A stretch of 64,000 bases of DNA, taken from Gemmatimonadales bacterium (GTDB taxonomy: Bacteria > Gemmatimonadota > Gemmatimonadetes > Gemmatimonadales > GWC2-71-9). Position 1 is the stretch's first letter, and each line of letters opens with the position of its first letter. The position numbers were made by a program, and so were the translations under genes. Location of the stretch: NCBI GenBank assembly GCA_035501775.1, contig DATJVM010000034.1, forward strand, positions 44,651 to 108,650, read 5' to 3'. Under the pieces are notes generated by a model. The model had not been told where the DNA came from. It did not search any database and was given only the letters and a program-made list of their open reading frames with translations. This document shows positions 35,804 to 45,942 of the stretch, piece after piece.

Positions 35804-36454
35804 ATGAGGCCGTACGAGGCCTTGATCGTGGTGACGCTGCTCGCGCCGGGGGCGGTTCGGGCCCAGGAGAGCGGCGAATTCGTGACTGTGAGGGGCACCG
35901 ACACCGTCGCGGTGGAGCATTTCCAGCGGCAGACGGCGGTCCTCGATGGGAGCCTGGTTCGCACCGCGTCCGCGGCCGCGCGGGAGCGGCTCACATACCA
36001 CACCGTGCTGCTCCCCGACCAGAGCACGCCTCTCATCGAAGTGTCGGTGTGGCGGGCGACAGACCCCGAGGACAGCCCCGCCCGCCAGACGGCGCGGGTG
36101 CTCTTCAAGGGGGACAGCGCGGCGGTGGACGACGCCAGCCGGTGGGACGGCGTCATCACGCACGTGCTGCCCACCCGCCCGGCCGCGGTACCCTATCTCA
36201 ACCTGTCGGTGTCCTTGATGGAACTCGCCACGCGCCGAGCGGCCGGAGCGGGGGCCGACAGCTTGGCCGTCCCCTTCTTTAATCTCGGCGGGGGACAGAC
36301 CGTCACCGGCGTCGTGCAGCGGCTGGGTACCGATTCCGCCGCGGTTCGCATCGGATCGGTAGAGTTTCGCTTCCACGTAGACAAGACCGGCCGCATCCTC
36401 GGCGGCGCGGTGCCGTCACAGGGTCTGGCCATCTCCCGCACCGCCACGGGCTGA
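35804..36454 (+). CDS. hypothetical secreted protein
   Basis: Signal-like N-terminus MRPYEALIVVTLLAPGAVRAQE. No recognisable domain. Confidence 0.5.
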   Translation: MRPYEALIVVTLLAPGAVRAQESGEFVTVRGTDTVAVEHFQRQTAVLDGSLVRTASAAARERLTYHTVLLPDQSTPLIEVSVWRATDPEDSPARQTARVLFKGDSAAVDDASRWDGVITHVLPTRPAAVPYLNLSVSLMELATRRAAGAGADSLAVPFFNLGGGQTVTGVVQRLGTDSAAVRIGSVEFRFHVDKTGRILGGAVPSQGLAISRTATG

Positions 36455-36465
36455 CGGCCACCGCG

Positions 36466-38580
36466 ATGGGGCGCCCGCAGCTCAGCCGGCGACAACTCGC
36501 CCTCTCGATCGCGCTGTTGTACGCGATTCTGGGGTGGGCGTGGATTCTCTTCTCGGACAAAGTGCTGTTCACGCTGACCAGCCTGTCCCGCGACCAGGTC
36601 CAGCGCCTCGGTACTTTCAAGGGACTGATCTACGTCGGGCTCACGGCCCTCATCATCTGGTGGCTGGTGCGTCGGGCCCTGACGGAGGTGGCGGAAGCGG
36701 AGTCGGCCCGTTTCGAGAGCGAATCCCGGTACCGTCAGATCTTCGAGCGGACCACGTCGGTCTGCCTGCTGGTGGACGCGGAGACGCTTCGCCTGGTGGA
36801 CGTCAACCCGGCCGCGGTACTGTTCTACGGCTGGTCGCGCGAGGAACTGATCGGCAAGTCGATCGCGGATATCGACACCCTGCCGGAGCCGGTGCTCCGC
36901 GAGCGGCTCCGGGACGCGCGCGCCGAGCAGCTCAATTTCTTCGTCTTCCGGCACCGGCTCCGCTCCGGCGCGGTGCGGGATGTCGAGGTCCATTCGAGTC
37001 CGATCTTTCTCAAGGGGCGGCCCACCCTCTTTTCGCTGGTCCACGACATCACCGATCGGGTACGGGCCGAGCGCCAGCTGGTGGAATCCGAGGCCAACTA
37101 CCGACGGGCGCTGGAGCAGGCTTCCGACGCCATCATCGTGAGCGACCGGCAGGGCGTGATCCTCGAGGTCAATGCCCGCACCGAGGAGATCCTGTGCTGC
37201 ACCCGCGAGGAGATCATCGGCCGGCGGATGGAGGACTTCGTCGCGCCGGAGGATCGCGACCGCATTCCGTTCCGCCTGCGCGATCTCATCGAGGGGCGGC
37301 ACGGACTCTCCGAGCGGCGCATGCAGCGCAAGACCGGCGGATTCGCGGACGTGGAGATCAGCGCGCGGGACCTGGGTGACGGCCGGTACCAGGCCATCGT
37401 CCGGGACGTGTCGGAGCGGCGACGGCTGGAGGAGCAGCTTCGACAGGCGCAGAAGATGGAGGCCGTGGGGCAGCTCACCGGCGGCATTGCACACGACCTG
37501 AACAACTTGTTGACCGTGGTGCTGGCGAACAGCGAGATGATCGCGGCCACGCTCCCGGCCGAGCGTGACGACCTCAGGAGCGACCTCGCGGAGCTGCAGA
37601 TGGCGGCGCGCCGCGGCGCGCAGATGATCCGCAAGCTCCTGTCCTTCAGCCGGCACGCCCCCCTCACCTACCAGGTGTTCGACCTGGGCCGGCTGATGGA
37701 GGATCTGATCGGCACGATGCGGCGACTGCTCCCCGCGCACATCGAAGTGGTCTGCACCCGGGAAGACGCCCCGCTCCGGGTCCTCGCCGACGCAGGCGCC
37801 GTGGAGCAGATTCTGCTCAACCTCGCCACCAACTCCCGGGATGCGATGCCGCGGGGCGGGACGCTCCGGGTCGAGACACGGCGCATCGACGTGGCCCGGC
37901 CGCCCGCGGGAGCCCTGCCGGGGTCGTATGCCTGTCTCAGCGTCAGCGACAACGGCGTGGGGATGGACGACCGGGTCCGGGCCCGGGTCTTCGAGCCGTT
38001 CTTCACTACCAAGCCGCCCGGGGAAGGCAGCGGGCTGGGCATGGCGATGATCTACGGGCTCACCCAGCAGCACGGCGGGTTCGTCGAGCTGGACAGCTCG
38101 GTCGGCAAGGGCACGACGGTGCGGGTGTTCTTTCCGATGGCTCGCGAGGACCAGCCCATGGCCGAGCTGGCCCCGACCCCCGATGGGCTGCGTGGGGGCA
38201 AGGAGCGCGTGCTCCTCGTGGAGGACGAAGATGGGCTCCGGCGGGTCGCGCAGCGCGCGCTGGAGAAGGTCGGGTACCGGGTCCTGACCGCCGCGGATGG
38301 GCTCGAGGCGCTGGAAGTCTTCAGGCGGAACGCCGGCGAGATCGATCTCATCATCACCGACGTGGTTATGCCGAAGCTCGGCGGCATCGCCCTGTACCGG
38401 GCGGTCCGGCAGGACGGGCATGCGGTCCGCTTCCTCTTCACGAGCGGATACGCCGCCGACGAGATCATGCAGGGCGACACCGGGGACGGCGAGCTCTCGC
38501 TGCTGCAGAAGCCGTGGACCCTGGCAGACCTGACCCATCGAGTGCGTGAAGTGCTGGACCGCGCGCAAAGCGAGCGCTGA
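36466..38580 (+). CDS. membrane-anchored PAS/PAS hybrid sensor histidine kinase with a C-terminal receiver domain
   Basis: Two N-terminal TM helices, two PAS-like blocks, H-box [13 protein letters not shown]2 box [11 protein letters not shown], receiver [11 protein letters not shown]...[14 protein letters not shown]. Confidence 0.9.
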   Translation: MGRPQLSRRQLALSIALLYAILGWAWILFSDKVLFTLTSLSRDQVQRLGTFKGLIYVGLTALIIWWLVRRALTEVAEAESARFESESRYRQIFERTTSVCLLVDAETLRLVDVNPAAVLFYGWSREELIGKSIADIDTLPEPVLRERLRDARAEQLNFFVFRHRLRSGAVRDVEVHSSPIFLKGRPTLFSLVHDITDRVRAERQLVESEANYRRALEQASDAIIVSDRQGVILEVNARTEEILCCTREEIIGRRMEDFVAPEDRDRIPFRLRDLIEGRHGLSERRMQRKTGGFADVEISARDLGDGRYQAIVRDVSERRRLEEQLRQAQKMEAVGQLTGGIAHDLNNLLTVVLANSEMIAATLPAERDDLRSDLAELQMAARRGAQMIRKLLSFSRHAPLTYQVFDLGRLMEDLIGTMRRLLPAHIEVVCTREDAPLRVLADAGAVEQILLNLATNSRDAMPRGGTLRVETRRIDVARPPAGALPGSYACLSVSDNGVGMDDRVRARVFEPFFTTKPPGEGSGLGMAMIYGLTQQHGGFVELDSSVGKGTTVRVFFPMAREDQPMAELAPTPDGLRGGKERVLLVEDEDGLRRVAQRALEKVGYRVLTAADGLEALEVFRRNAGEIDLIITDVVMPKLGGIALYRAVRQDGHAVRFLFTSGYAADEIMQGDTGDGELSLLQKPWTLADLTHRVREVLDRAQSER

Positions 38581-38581
38581 G

Positions 38582-39259
38582 GTGGCCGCCGCGCTCAACG
38601 AGCGCGAGCGAGATCCGCTGGCGGTCTGGCCCTCTCCACGCGCCACCACGATCCTGGCGGTGGTGCTCCTCCTGGGGAGCCTGCTCCTCACGGTCAGCGC
38701 CCTGTTGCATCCCCTGCTTCCGCTCACCGCCAGCGGCGATCTCGCCATGATCGAATCGACGCCCTACTGGCGGGCGATTCACATCGCGCTGCTGTATGGC
38801 ACCGGGATGATCATGGTGGGCATCTGGGCGCGCTGGTGCTCGGCCGAGCGCGGGGAGCGCCCGGGGCTTGCCATCTCATTCTTCCTGCTCGGTGTGGGGC
38901 ACGCGCTCAACGGCGTGAACATCGCGTACATGACGGGGGCGGGGACGCTCTTCGCGCGGCTCGCGGCGGGCGGAGCCGACGTGGCCGGAGTCTATCAGGC
39001 CACCCACCTCTTCGCCGTCGCGTGCGGCCGGCTGGGTGGGTTTCTGGTGTCGGCCGCGGCGGGACTCATCGCGCTCACCACCGGGAGCCGTCAGGACGAG
39101 CCGCGCTGGCTGATCTCCGTCGCGACGGTCGCGTGCATCGCCGGACTGCTGGGCAACATTTTCGCGACGCCCGGCAACCCGCTCATGCTGACCGGCATCG
39201 GCATCATGGCCCTCTGGCAGATCGTGACGGCGGGACGGATCCTTCGCGCTCAGCGCTGA
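38582..39259 (+). CDS. hypothetical polytopic membrane protein
   Basis: About six hydrophobic helices. GTG at 38582 lies immediately after the kinase stop. Confidence 0.5.
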   Translation: MAAALNERERDPLAVWPSPRATTILAVVLLLGSLLLTVSALLHPLLPLTASGDLAMIESTPYWRAIHIALLYGTGMIMVGIWARWCSAERGERPGLAISFFLLGVGHALNGVNIAYMTGAGTLFARLAAGGADVAGVYQATHLFAVACGRLGGFLVSAAAGLIALTTGSRQDEPRWLISVATVACIAGLLGNIFATPGNPLMLTGIGIMALWQIVTAGRILRAQR

Positions 39260-40404
39260 CGCAGGTCCGGCCCATAGCGTCGCCCCTTCCACTCGACCCT
39301 TCTTGCGCCGCGGATTGTCGAGAGCCCGACGATATAGAGGCTGAGCGCCGCACCCACCGGATAGCCAAGGCCGTACCAGGGAGGAATCCCCATTCCGAAA
39401 GCGATGGCGCCCCAGAAGAGGACGCTGGCCCCGACCGCTCCCCAGAGGGGTCCCGCGAGCCAGGCGGGAAGCGCGCCGACGGCCACCGCCGCAAGCAGGA
39501 GCCAGGGGACCAGCCAGAAGGCGAGCGCGCCGCCGAGCAGCAGGGGGACCAGCGCTCGCTGAACCGGCTCGTCGGGGAAGGAGCGCCGTGAGCCGAGGTA
39601 GATGTTCTTCGACCATCCCTCGATCAGGTGGCGGAGCCCGGTATACATCCGGGTCTCGATCAACTCGTCGCCGAAAAGCACGCGCAGCCGGTATCCGGCG
39701 CTCCAGAACTCCTGGGCGAGCGCCAGGTCTTCGGCGATCTCGGCGCGCACCACCTCATGTCCCCCGATGGCTTCGTAGGCTGGGCGCCTGACGAGGATGA
39801 ACTGACCGATCGCGATTACCTCGCTCCGGTGGCGCGCGCGGTTGACGAGCCGCGGATGAAAGCGGAGTGCCAGCAGGTAGATGACCTGCGGCATGATGAG
39901 CCGTTCCCAGAGCGTGACGCAACGCTGGCGCGGGGCGATCGTGAGCAAATCGGCCGCCGTCGCCTCGATTGCGCCGACGGCGCGACCGATCAGCTCCGGC
40001 GTATGCCGGGTATCGGCGTCGGTGAAGAGGAGGAAGTCACCGCGGGCCGCGCGGTATCCCTGTTCCAGCGCCCAGGGTTTTCCGTACCAGCCATCGGGCA
40101 ACGGCTCGCCAGCCAGCACCCGGGCGCGCGGGTCGGCGCCAACCGCCTGCTCGGCGAGGGTCCTGGTCGCATCGGTCGAGCGGTCATCGACGACGATCAG
40201 TTCAATGGCGGGGTAGGTCGTGGCGAGGATGGATCGGATGACGGTGTCGATCGTGCTGGCTTCGTTCCGCGCGGGCACGATCACCGACACCAGGCCGCGA
40301 GACGCGGCGGGAAACGCCGTCAACCGCGGCGACCGGCGCGCCAGGCGGAGGAGCGTCACCCAGGGGAGCAACCAGGGCAGGGTGGAGAGCCAGCGGAGAG
40401 CCAC
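39250..40404 (-). CDS. GT2-family membrane glycosyltransferase
   Basis: VSVIVPARNE, VVDDRSTD, LFTDADT (DxD); C-terminal TM helices. Confidence 0.85.
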   Translation of the reverse strand: MALRWLSTLPWLLPWVTLLRLARRSPRLTAFPAASRGLVSVIVPARNEASTIDTVIRSILATTYPAIELIVVDDRSTDATRTLAEQAVGADPRARVLAGEPLPDGWYGKPWALEQGYRAARGDFLLFTDADTRHTPELIGRAVGAIEATAADLLTIAPRQRCVTLWERLIMPQVIYLLALRFHPRLVNRARHRSEVIAIGQFILVRRPAYEAIGGHEVVRAEIAEDLALAQEFWSAGYRLRVLFGDELIETRMYTGLRHLIEGWSKNIYLGSRRSFPDEPVQRALVPLLLGGALAFWLVPWLLLAAVAVGALPAWLAGPLWGAVGASVLFWGAIAFGMGIPPWYGLGYPVGAALSLYIVGLSTIRGARRVEWKGRRYGPDLRQR

Positions 40405-40431
40405 GGACGTCTGACGTTCCTGCCTCGAGCT

Positions 40432-40947
40432 TCAGCGGATCCTTACGACTTGCTGCAGCTCGGTCTCGATCTGGTCGAGCTGCTTCTCGATGTCATGGTC
40501 ATCGAGCGCGCTGTCAGGGGCCGGGACGCCGTTCTGCGTGAACAACGTCGCGACCAGCGCGTCGGTGTAGCCGACCACCGCGACGGCGATGCCCTTGTCG
40601 AGGGTGGCGCTCAGGCGGAGAATGATGGCCATCGCCTGGCGCTGACGGAGGCCGGTGAGAACCGGGCCGATCCGGCGGATGAGAAGCTCGCGCAGGTACT
40701 GGATCTCCTCGACGATCTCTCCGGCGGCGAGGCCGCGCGCCGCGCCGAAGCGGCCGTAGTGTTCCGCGGCGTGATGCCAGACCTCCGCGACCGACCGGCG
40801 CAAGGGCCCCACGCTTTCGGTGAGGATGTCGTACAGCAGGCGAAGTTCACGCTCCAGCGTGCCGGGCGGCCTCGAGGTCGCCGTCGAAACCCTACCGGCC
40901 AGCCAGCCCGCCCATTCCTTCACCACGGCATCGCGATGGTCAGCCAT
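40432..40947 (-). CDS. hypothetical helical protein (RsbR-N-like sensor-type fold suspected)
   Basis: ATG at 40947 (MADHRDAVVKEWAGWL...). Helical with a coiled-coil C-terminus. The family assignment is weak. Confidence 0.45.
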   Translation of the reverse strand: MADHRDAVVKEWAGWLAGRVSTATSRPPGTLERELRLLYDILTESVGPLRRSVAEVWHHAAEHYGRFGAARGLAAGEIVEEIQYLRELLIRRIGPVLTGLRQRQAMAIILRLSATLDKGIAVAVVGYTDALVATLFTQNGVPAPDSALDDHDIEKQLDQIETELQQVVRIR

Positions 40948-41041
40948 CGCTCGGCCGACGGTCAGCAACGTGGGATGCGATGCGCGCAATGAGGCTCCGG
41001 GGGGTGAAAACGACGCGGGGCAATCTACATGGAGGGGTGTA

Positions 41042-42007
41042 ATGGGGTCAAAGACGGTCATACGGCCTCCCCGGCTCCGCGCCGGCAGTCGCGTCGCTCT
41101 GCTCGCGCCGTCCGGGCCGCTCAGCGAGCGGGACGACCTGACGCGGGCGCTGGAGCTGTGCCGCGCCTTCCAGTTCGAGCCCATCGCGGGGACGCACGCG
41201 CTGGAACGGCACGGCTATCTGGCGGGCGAGGACGACGCCCGGCTCGCCGATCTCAACCAGGCTCTGAACGATCCGTCCGTCGACGCCATCTGGTGCCTTC
41301 GGGGCGGCTACGGCGTAACGCGCATCCTCGATCGCGTCGAGACCGAGGGTTTTGTGAGGCGGCCCAAGGTGGTGATCGGCTTTTCCGATGTGACCGCCTT
41401 GCTCCTCGCACTGCACGAGAGCGCTGGCGTGGTGACCTACCACGGCCCGATGAGCCGCTCCCCGCTCTCGCTGTTCAGCCGGCGCCACTTCGAGCTGGTG
41501 CTCACCCGGGTGGGAGCTCCGGGGCTCATGGGAAACCCGCCAACGCCGTCGGGCGTCACCGTGCCGCGGGCGCCGAGGATCGTTGCACTCCATCCGGGTG
41601 TCGCAGAGGGCCCACTGGTCGGCGGGAACCTCACGCTTCTCATGGCCCTGGCGGGGACGCGGCACTTTCCGGACCTCACCGGGGCACTGCTGTTTCTCGA
41701 AGACGTGGGGGAAGACCTGTATCGCATCGACCGCCACCTGGCGCACCTCCGTATGCTGGGCGCGCTCGATCGGCTGGCTGGCGTCATCGCGGGGCAGTTC
41801 ACCGAGATGCGGCGCGGCACGGGAGACGGCGGCGCCTTGGCGCTGGACGAGGTGCTCGGCACCTATCTCACACCGTTAGGCATCCCGGTGGCGATGGGAT
41901 TCCCCATCGGGCATATCGAAGACCAGTGGACCCTGCCGATCGGTGTCAGGGCCAGGCTGGACGCGGGAGCCGGCGAGGTGGAGATTCTCGACGAGTGCAC
42001 CATCTAG
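41042..42007 (+). CDS. ldcA: LD-carboxypeptidase (peptidase S66)
   Basis: RVALLAPSGP, nucleophile context VIGFSDVTALL, C-terminal GFPIGH. Confidence 0.85.
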   Translation: MGSKTVIRPPRLRAGSRVALLAPSGPLSERDDLTRALELCRAFQFEPIAGTHALERHGYLAGEDDARLADLNQALNDPSVDAIWCLRGGYGVTRILDRVETEGFVRRPKVVIGFSDVTALLLALHESAGVVTYHGPMSRSPLSLFSRRHFELVLTRVGAPGLMGNPPTPSGVTVPRAPRIVALHPGVAEGPLVGGNLTLLMALAGTRHFPDLTGALLFLEDVGEDLYRIDRHLAHLRMLGALDRLAGVIAGQFTEMRRGTGDGGALALDEVLGTYLTPLGIPVAMGFPIGHIEDQWTLPIGVRARLDAGAGEVEILDECTI

Positions 42008-42036
42008 GCGCACCGGACCCCAACTTGCACGTTGGC

Positions 42037-42870
42037 ATGGCCACTCCGACCCTCTCCCGTCACTCTCTGGCCGGCGCTCTTGGCCCGCTCTCGATTGAAG
42101 TGCGCACCAGCGATCGAGGCTCGGCGCGGCCCGCCGTCATCATCGTCCACGGCTTCAAGGGATTCAAGGACTGGGGAATGTTCCCCGCCTTCGCGGAGCG
42201 CGTGGCCCGGGCCGGGTTCACGGCGGTTTCTTTCAATCTGAGTGGGAGCGGGGTGAACGATGAGGGCCAGTTCGTCTTTCCGGAGCGGTTTGGGCACAAC
42301 ACCTTTACCGCGGAGCTCGAGGATATCGATCGGGTGCTCCGGGCTCTGGGCGAGGGGCGCCTGGGAGCGGCACCTACCGATCGGTTCGGCCTGGTGGGGC
42401 ACTCCCGAGGCGGCGGCATGTCCATACTCACGGCCAGCCGCGACCCGCGCGTCCAGACGCTCGTCACCTGGGCCGCGATCTCCCACGTGAACCGCTGGCC
42501 GGGGCAGGCGGCGGAGTGGCGCAGGGCCGGCCACCTCGACATCGTCAACGCCCGCACCGGCGAGGTGCTTCCCCTCTATACTGATGTCCTGGACGACATC
42601 GAGCAGCATCAGGTCAATCTGGACATCACGGCCGCCGCGCGCCGGGTCTCGATTCCCTGGCTCATCGTCCACGGGGAAAACGACCCCGCCGTTTCTCCCG
42701 ACGAGGCGCGTGCTCTGGCCCAAGCCGCGTCGCGAGAGAATCCAACCCGCCTGATGCTGATCCCGGGCACGGGGCACACCTTCGGAGCGGTCCACCCGTT
42801 TCAGGGAATGACACCGGAACTGGCGGTGGTGTTTGACGAGACGCTGGGGTGGTTGGGGAGGGGACTGTAG
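42037..42870 (+). CDS. alpha/beta-fold hydrolase
   Basis: VIIVHGFKGFKD and nucleophile elbow VGHSRGGG; ATG at 42037. Confidence 0.75.
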   Translation: MATPTLSRHSLAGALGPLSIEVRTSDRGSARPAVIIVHGFKGFKDWGMFPAFAERVARAGFTAVSFNLSGSGVNDEGQFVFPERFGHNTFTAELEDIDRVLRALGEGRLGAAPTDRFGLVGHSRGGGMSILTASRDPRVQTLVTWAAISHVNRWPGQAAEWRRAGHLDIVNARTGEVLPLYTDVLDDIEQHQVNLDITAAARRVSIPWLIVHGENDPAVSPDEARALAQAASRENPTRLMLIPGTGHTFGAVHPFQGMTPELAVVFDETLGWLGRGL

Positions 42871-42873
42871 GGA

Positions 42874-42958
42874 GCGTACAGCGTTCAGCGTTCGGCTTTG
42901 CCTTACGGCTAACGGCTGACGGCTGATGGCTGATGGCTGACGGCTGATGGCTCACGGC
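42874..42958. repeat. mosaic heptamer repeat, H2 (GCGTACA/GCGTTCA x3) + H3 (TKAYGGC x8)
   Basis: Read directly from the sequence. It fills most of the intergenic gap between 42870 and 42979. Confidence 0.9.
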
Positions 42959-42978
42959 TCTCCCCCTATATTCCGTCT

Positions 42979-43209
42979 ATGCCAATCTACGAATACACCT
43001 GCCCCGACTGCGGCAAGGAGTTTGAGCTGTTCGTTCGAGGAGAGACCAGGCTGGCGTGCCCCGGCTGCCACTGCCAGAAGATCGAGCGCCGCATGTCAGT
43101 GCCCGCCCGTCCGGCCGGTGGAGCCGGCGCGACCACGGACTATTCGAGCCTCGGTCCGCCGAGCGGAGGAGGCGGTTGCTGCGGCGGTGGAGGCTGCGGC
43201 TGCCACTGA
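42979..43209 (+). CDS. FmdB-family zinc-ribbon protein with a Gly/Cys-rich tail
   Basis: MPIYEYTCPDCGKEFE...CPGCHC; tail GGGGCCGGGGCGCH. Confidence 0.8.
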   Translation: MPIYEYTCPDCGKEFELFVRGETRLACPGCHCQKIERRMSVPARPAGGAGATTDYSSLGPPSGGGGCCGGGGCGCH

Positions 43210-43790
43210 GTCCGCTGCAGGCGCGCCTCGCGGAACGGCTCCGGAGCGCACCCGCGGCCCCCACAGAGTCCGCCGATGCCGCGCCACGGGCGGCGGTCGC
43301 GGTGGTCGTCTCGCCGGATCCGGACAGCGTGCTGCTCATCCGACGGGCCGAGCGGGAGGACGATCCGTGGTCCGGGCACATGGGGCTTCCCGGCGGACGT
43401 GCCGACCCCGAGGATCCGGACCTGGTCGCGACCGCGATGCGGGAAACCGTCGAAGAGGTTGGCTTCGCGCTCCGACCGGACGAGCTGCTCGGTGTGCTCG
43501 AAGATGTCTGGCCCCGCTCCCCCCTTCCCCGCCGCATCGTGGTTCGCCCCTTCGTCTTCGCCATTTCGGAACGGCTGCCCGTAACCCTGAGTGGGGAAGT
43601 CCAGGAGGCGTTCTGGATTCCGGTGCAGGAGCTGCTCAAGCCGGAGGTGTACCGGGACACCGTCATTCGGCTCTCCGGTGAGAACCGGGTCTTTCCCGCC
43701 TACCACCTGGACCCCGGCGTGGTCTGGGGCCTTACCGAGCGCATTCTCACCCCGCTACTCTCGCTGATCGCTGACCGTCCGGGGGCCTGA
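43206..43790 (+). CDS. NUDIX hydrolase (CoA-pyrophosphatase-like)
   Basis: Nudix box GLPGGRADPEDPDLVATAMRETVEEVGF. The start is unresolved: no ATG/GTG lies near the expected N-terminus, and CTG at 43206 is used as a placeholder. Confidence 0.65.
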   Translation: MSPLQARLAERLRSAPAAPTESADAAPRAAVAVVVSPDPDSVLLIRRAEREDDPWSGHMGLPGGRADPEDPDLVATAMRETVEEVGFALRPDELLGVLEDVWPRSPLPRRIVVRPFVFAISERLPVTLSGEVQEAFWIPVQELLKPEVYRDTVIRLSGENRVFPAYHLDPGVVWGLTERILTPLLSLIADRPGA

Positions 43791-43812
43791 GGCCCCAAGA
43801 GGCCGGGGGCTC

Positions 43813-43854
43813 TTGACTTTAGCCGTGTGGCAACCGACAATTAGTTGAGACTAA
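43813..43854 (+). promoter_or_regulatory. promoter plus inverted-repeat operator upstream of mntR-mntH
   Basis: TTGACT (43813-43818), a 17-nt spacer, then GACAAT (43836-43841). This is followed by the palindrome TTAGT-TGAG-ACTAA (43841-43854) in an AT-rich patch. Confidence 0.45.
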
Positions 43855-43879
43855 ACAATCTGTTCGGCGGGAGCAAGTC

Positions 43880-44569
43880 ATGTCGGCAGCCGTTGTCCAT
43901 GAGCCTCTGACCCGGTCGGTCGAGGACTACCTCAAGGCCATCTACCGATTGTCCCTCTCCGGGGCGCCGGCCACGACCAGTGATATCGCCCAGCATCTCA
44001 TGCTGGCGGCTCCCTCGGTGAGCGGAATGATCAAGCGGCTCTCCGAGCTTGGTCTACTCGAGCACGAGCCGTACAAGGGCGTGCAGCTCACCGCCGAAGG
44101 GCGTCGGCTCGCGCTCCGGATGGTGCGGCGGCACCGGATTCTCGAGGCCTACCTGGTGGCCTTCCTCGGCTATGGATGGGAGTACGTGCACGAGGAGGCC
44201 GAACGGATGGAGCACGCCGTGAGCGATCTCCTGATCGAGCGGATGGCCACGGCGCTGGGGAATCCCCACTTCGATCCCCATGGCGACCCCATTCCCGGGC
44301 CCGACGGTACGATCGCGGAGCTGCTCTACACCCCGCTTTCCGAGATCCCGTCCGGCGAGACGGTAGAGGTATGCCGAGTGGACACGAGTCACCCCGACCG
44401 GCTCCGCTACATCGCGAGCTTTGGACTCACCCCGGGGGCCAAGGCCACGGTAGTGGACCGCCAGCCGTTCCACGGACCGGTCACGGTGCGGGTAGGAAAG
44501 CAGCAGCATGTGCTGGGCGACGAGATCGCGCGGCTTCTGCTCTGCGCCCGTCCGGGACTTCAGCCATGA
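43880..44569 (+). CDS. mntR: DtxR/MntR-family metal-dependent transcriptional regulator with a C-terminal FeoA/SH3-like domain
   Basis: N-terminal wHTH ([21 protein letters not shown]), metal-site region (HEEAERMEH), C-terminal ETVEVCRV. Confidence 0.9.
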   Translation: MSAAVVHEPLTRSVEDYLKAIYRLSLSGAPATTSDIAQHLMLAAPSVSGMIKRLSELGLLEHEPYKGVQLTAEGRRLALRMVRRHRILEAYLVAFLGYGWEYVHEEAERMEHAVSDLLIERMATALGNPHFDPHGDPIPGPDGTIAELLYTPLSEIPSGETVEVCRVDTSHPDRLRYIASFGLTPGAKATVVDRQPFHGPVTVRVGKQQHVLGDEIARLLLCARPGLQP

Positions 44570-45912
44570 CCACGGTTCCCCAGACTGGTCGGGCGTGGCG
44601 CCAGCCGGCCGCGGGCCCGTCCCTCCCTGAGGCCCACCGCTCGGTGGATGTACCGGGCGGGCCGAGCGTGTGGCGGAAGCTCCTGGCCTTTGCGGGCCCC
44701 GGGTATCTGGTGGCGGTCGGCTACATGGACCCGGGCAACTGGGCCACCGACCTCGCGGGCGGTGCGCGGTTCGGCTACACGCTGCTCAGCGTCGTCCTGC
44801 TCTCGAACCTGATCGCGATCCTGCTGCAGGCGCTTTCGGTCAAGCTGGGCGTGGCGACGGGCCGGGATCTGGCGCAGGCCTGCCGGGAGCACTACTCGCC
44901 CCGGGTGAGCTTCGCGCTGTGGGTGCTGTGCGAGATCGCCATCGCCGCCTGCGACCTCGCGGAGGTGCTCGGCTCGGCGATCGGGCTCAACCTGTTGTTC
45001 GGAATCCCGCTGGTGGCTGGCGTCTGCCTGACGGCGCTGGATGTGCTGCTCCTCCTGCTGCTCCAGCATAAGGGCTTCCGGTATCTCGAGGCGGTCGTGA
45101 TCACCCTGATCGTGACGATCGGGGTCTGCTTCTTCGCGGAGATCGTGCTGTCGCGGCCCGACCTGGGCCAGGTGGCGCGGGGGCTGCTTCCGTCCGCACA
45201 GGTCGTGACCAATCCGGACATGCTGTACATCGCGATCGGCATTCTGGGCGCGACGGTGATGCCGCACAACCTCTACCTGCATTCCTCGATCGTGCAGACC
45301 CGGCGCATCGGCTCCGCTCCGGCCGACCGGCGCGAGGCAATCAAGTACGCGGTGATCGACTCGACCGTGGCGCTCCTGCTCGCGTTCTTCGTCAACGCCG
45401 CGATCCTGGTCGTTTCCGCGGCGGTGTTCCACGGGAGCGGGCACGAGGGTGTGCAGGACATCAACGACGCGTACCGGTTGCTGTCCCCGCTCCTCGGCAC
45501 CACGGCCGCCAGCCTGCTCTTCGCCATGGCGCTCCTCGCCTCCGGTCAGAACTCGACCATCACGGGGACCCTGGCTGGCCAGATCGTGATGGAGGGCTTC
45601 CTCAACCTGCGGCTCCCGCCGTGGCTCCGGCGTCTGATCACGCGGCTCATCGCGATTATCCCGGCCGTCATCGTGACCGCGATCTACGGTGAGCGCGGCA
45701 TCGGCAGCCTGCTCATCCTGAGCCAGGTGATTCTGAGCCTGCAGCTGGCGTTCGCGGTGGTGCCCCTGGTGCAATTCACCAGCGAGAAGGCGAAGATGGG
45801 CGAGTTCGTCAACAGCAGGCTCTTGTCCGCAACCGCCTGGGCGGTGACGATCGCGATAATCGGGATGAACGGCTGGCTGCTGCTCACGACGGTGCGCGGC
45901 TGGCTGGCCTGA
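44566..45912 (+). CDS. mntH: NRAMP-family divalent metal (Mn2+) transporter
   Basis: [20 protein letters not shown] motif; about 11 TM helices; ATGA overlap with mntR. Confidence 0.9.
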   Translation: MTTVPQTGRAWRQPAAGPSLPEAHRSVDVPGGPSVWRKLLAFAGPGYLVAVGYMDPGNWATDLAGGARFGYTLLSVVLLSNLIAILLQALSVKLGVATGRDLAQACREHYSPRVSFALWVLCEIAIAACDLAEVLGSAIGLNLLFGIPLVAGVCLTALDVLLLLLLQHKGFRYLEAVVITLIVTIGVCFFAEIVLSRPDLGQVARGLLPSAQVVTNPDMLYIAIGILGATVMPHNLYLHSSIVQTRRIGSAPADRREAIKYAVIDSTVALLLAFFVNAAILVVSAAVFHGSGHEGVQDINDAYRLLSPLLGTTAASLLFAMALLASGQNSTITGTLAGQIVMEGFLNLRLPPWLRRLITRLIAIIPAVIVTAIYGERGIGSLLILSQVILSLQLAFAVVPLVQFTSEKAKMGEFVNSRLLSATAWAVTIAIIGMNGWLLLTTVRGWLA

Positions 45913-45942
45913 GGCCGGCCGCGAGGGCGGACGGGGGGAGAG

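Noticed and set aside
36193-38748. An 851-aa minus-strand ORF opposite the hybrid histidine kinase.
   Set aside because: The plus-strand frame carries PAS, HisKA, HATPase and REC signatures. The minus frame is low-complexity (R/P/G/L) with no motifs.
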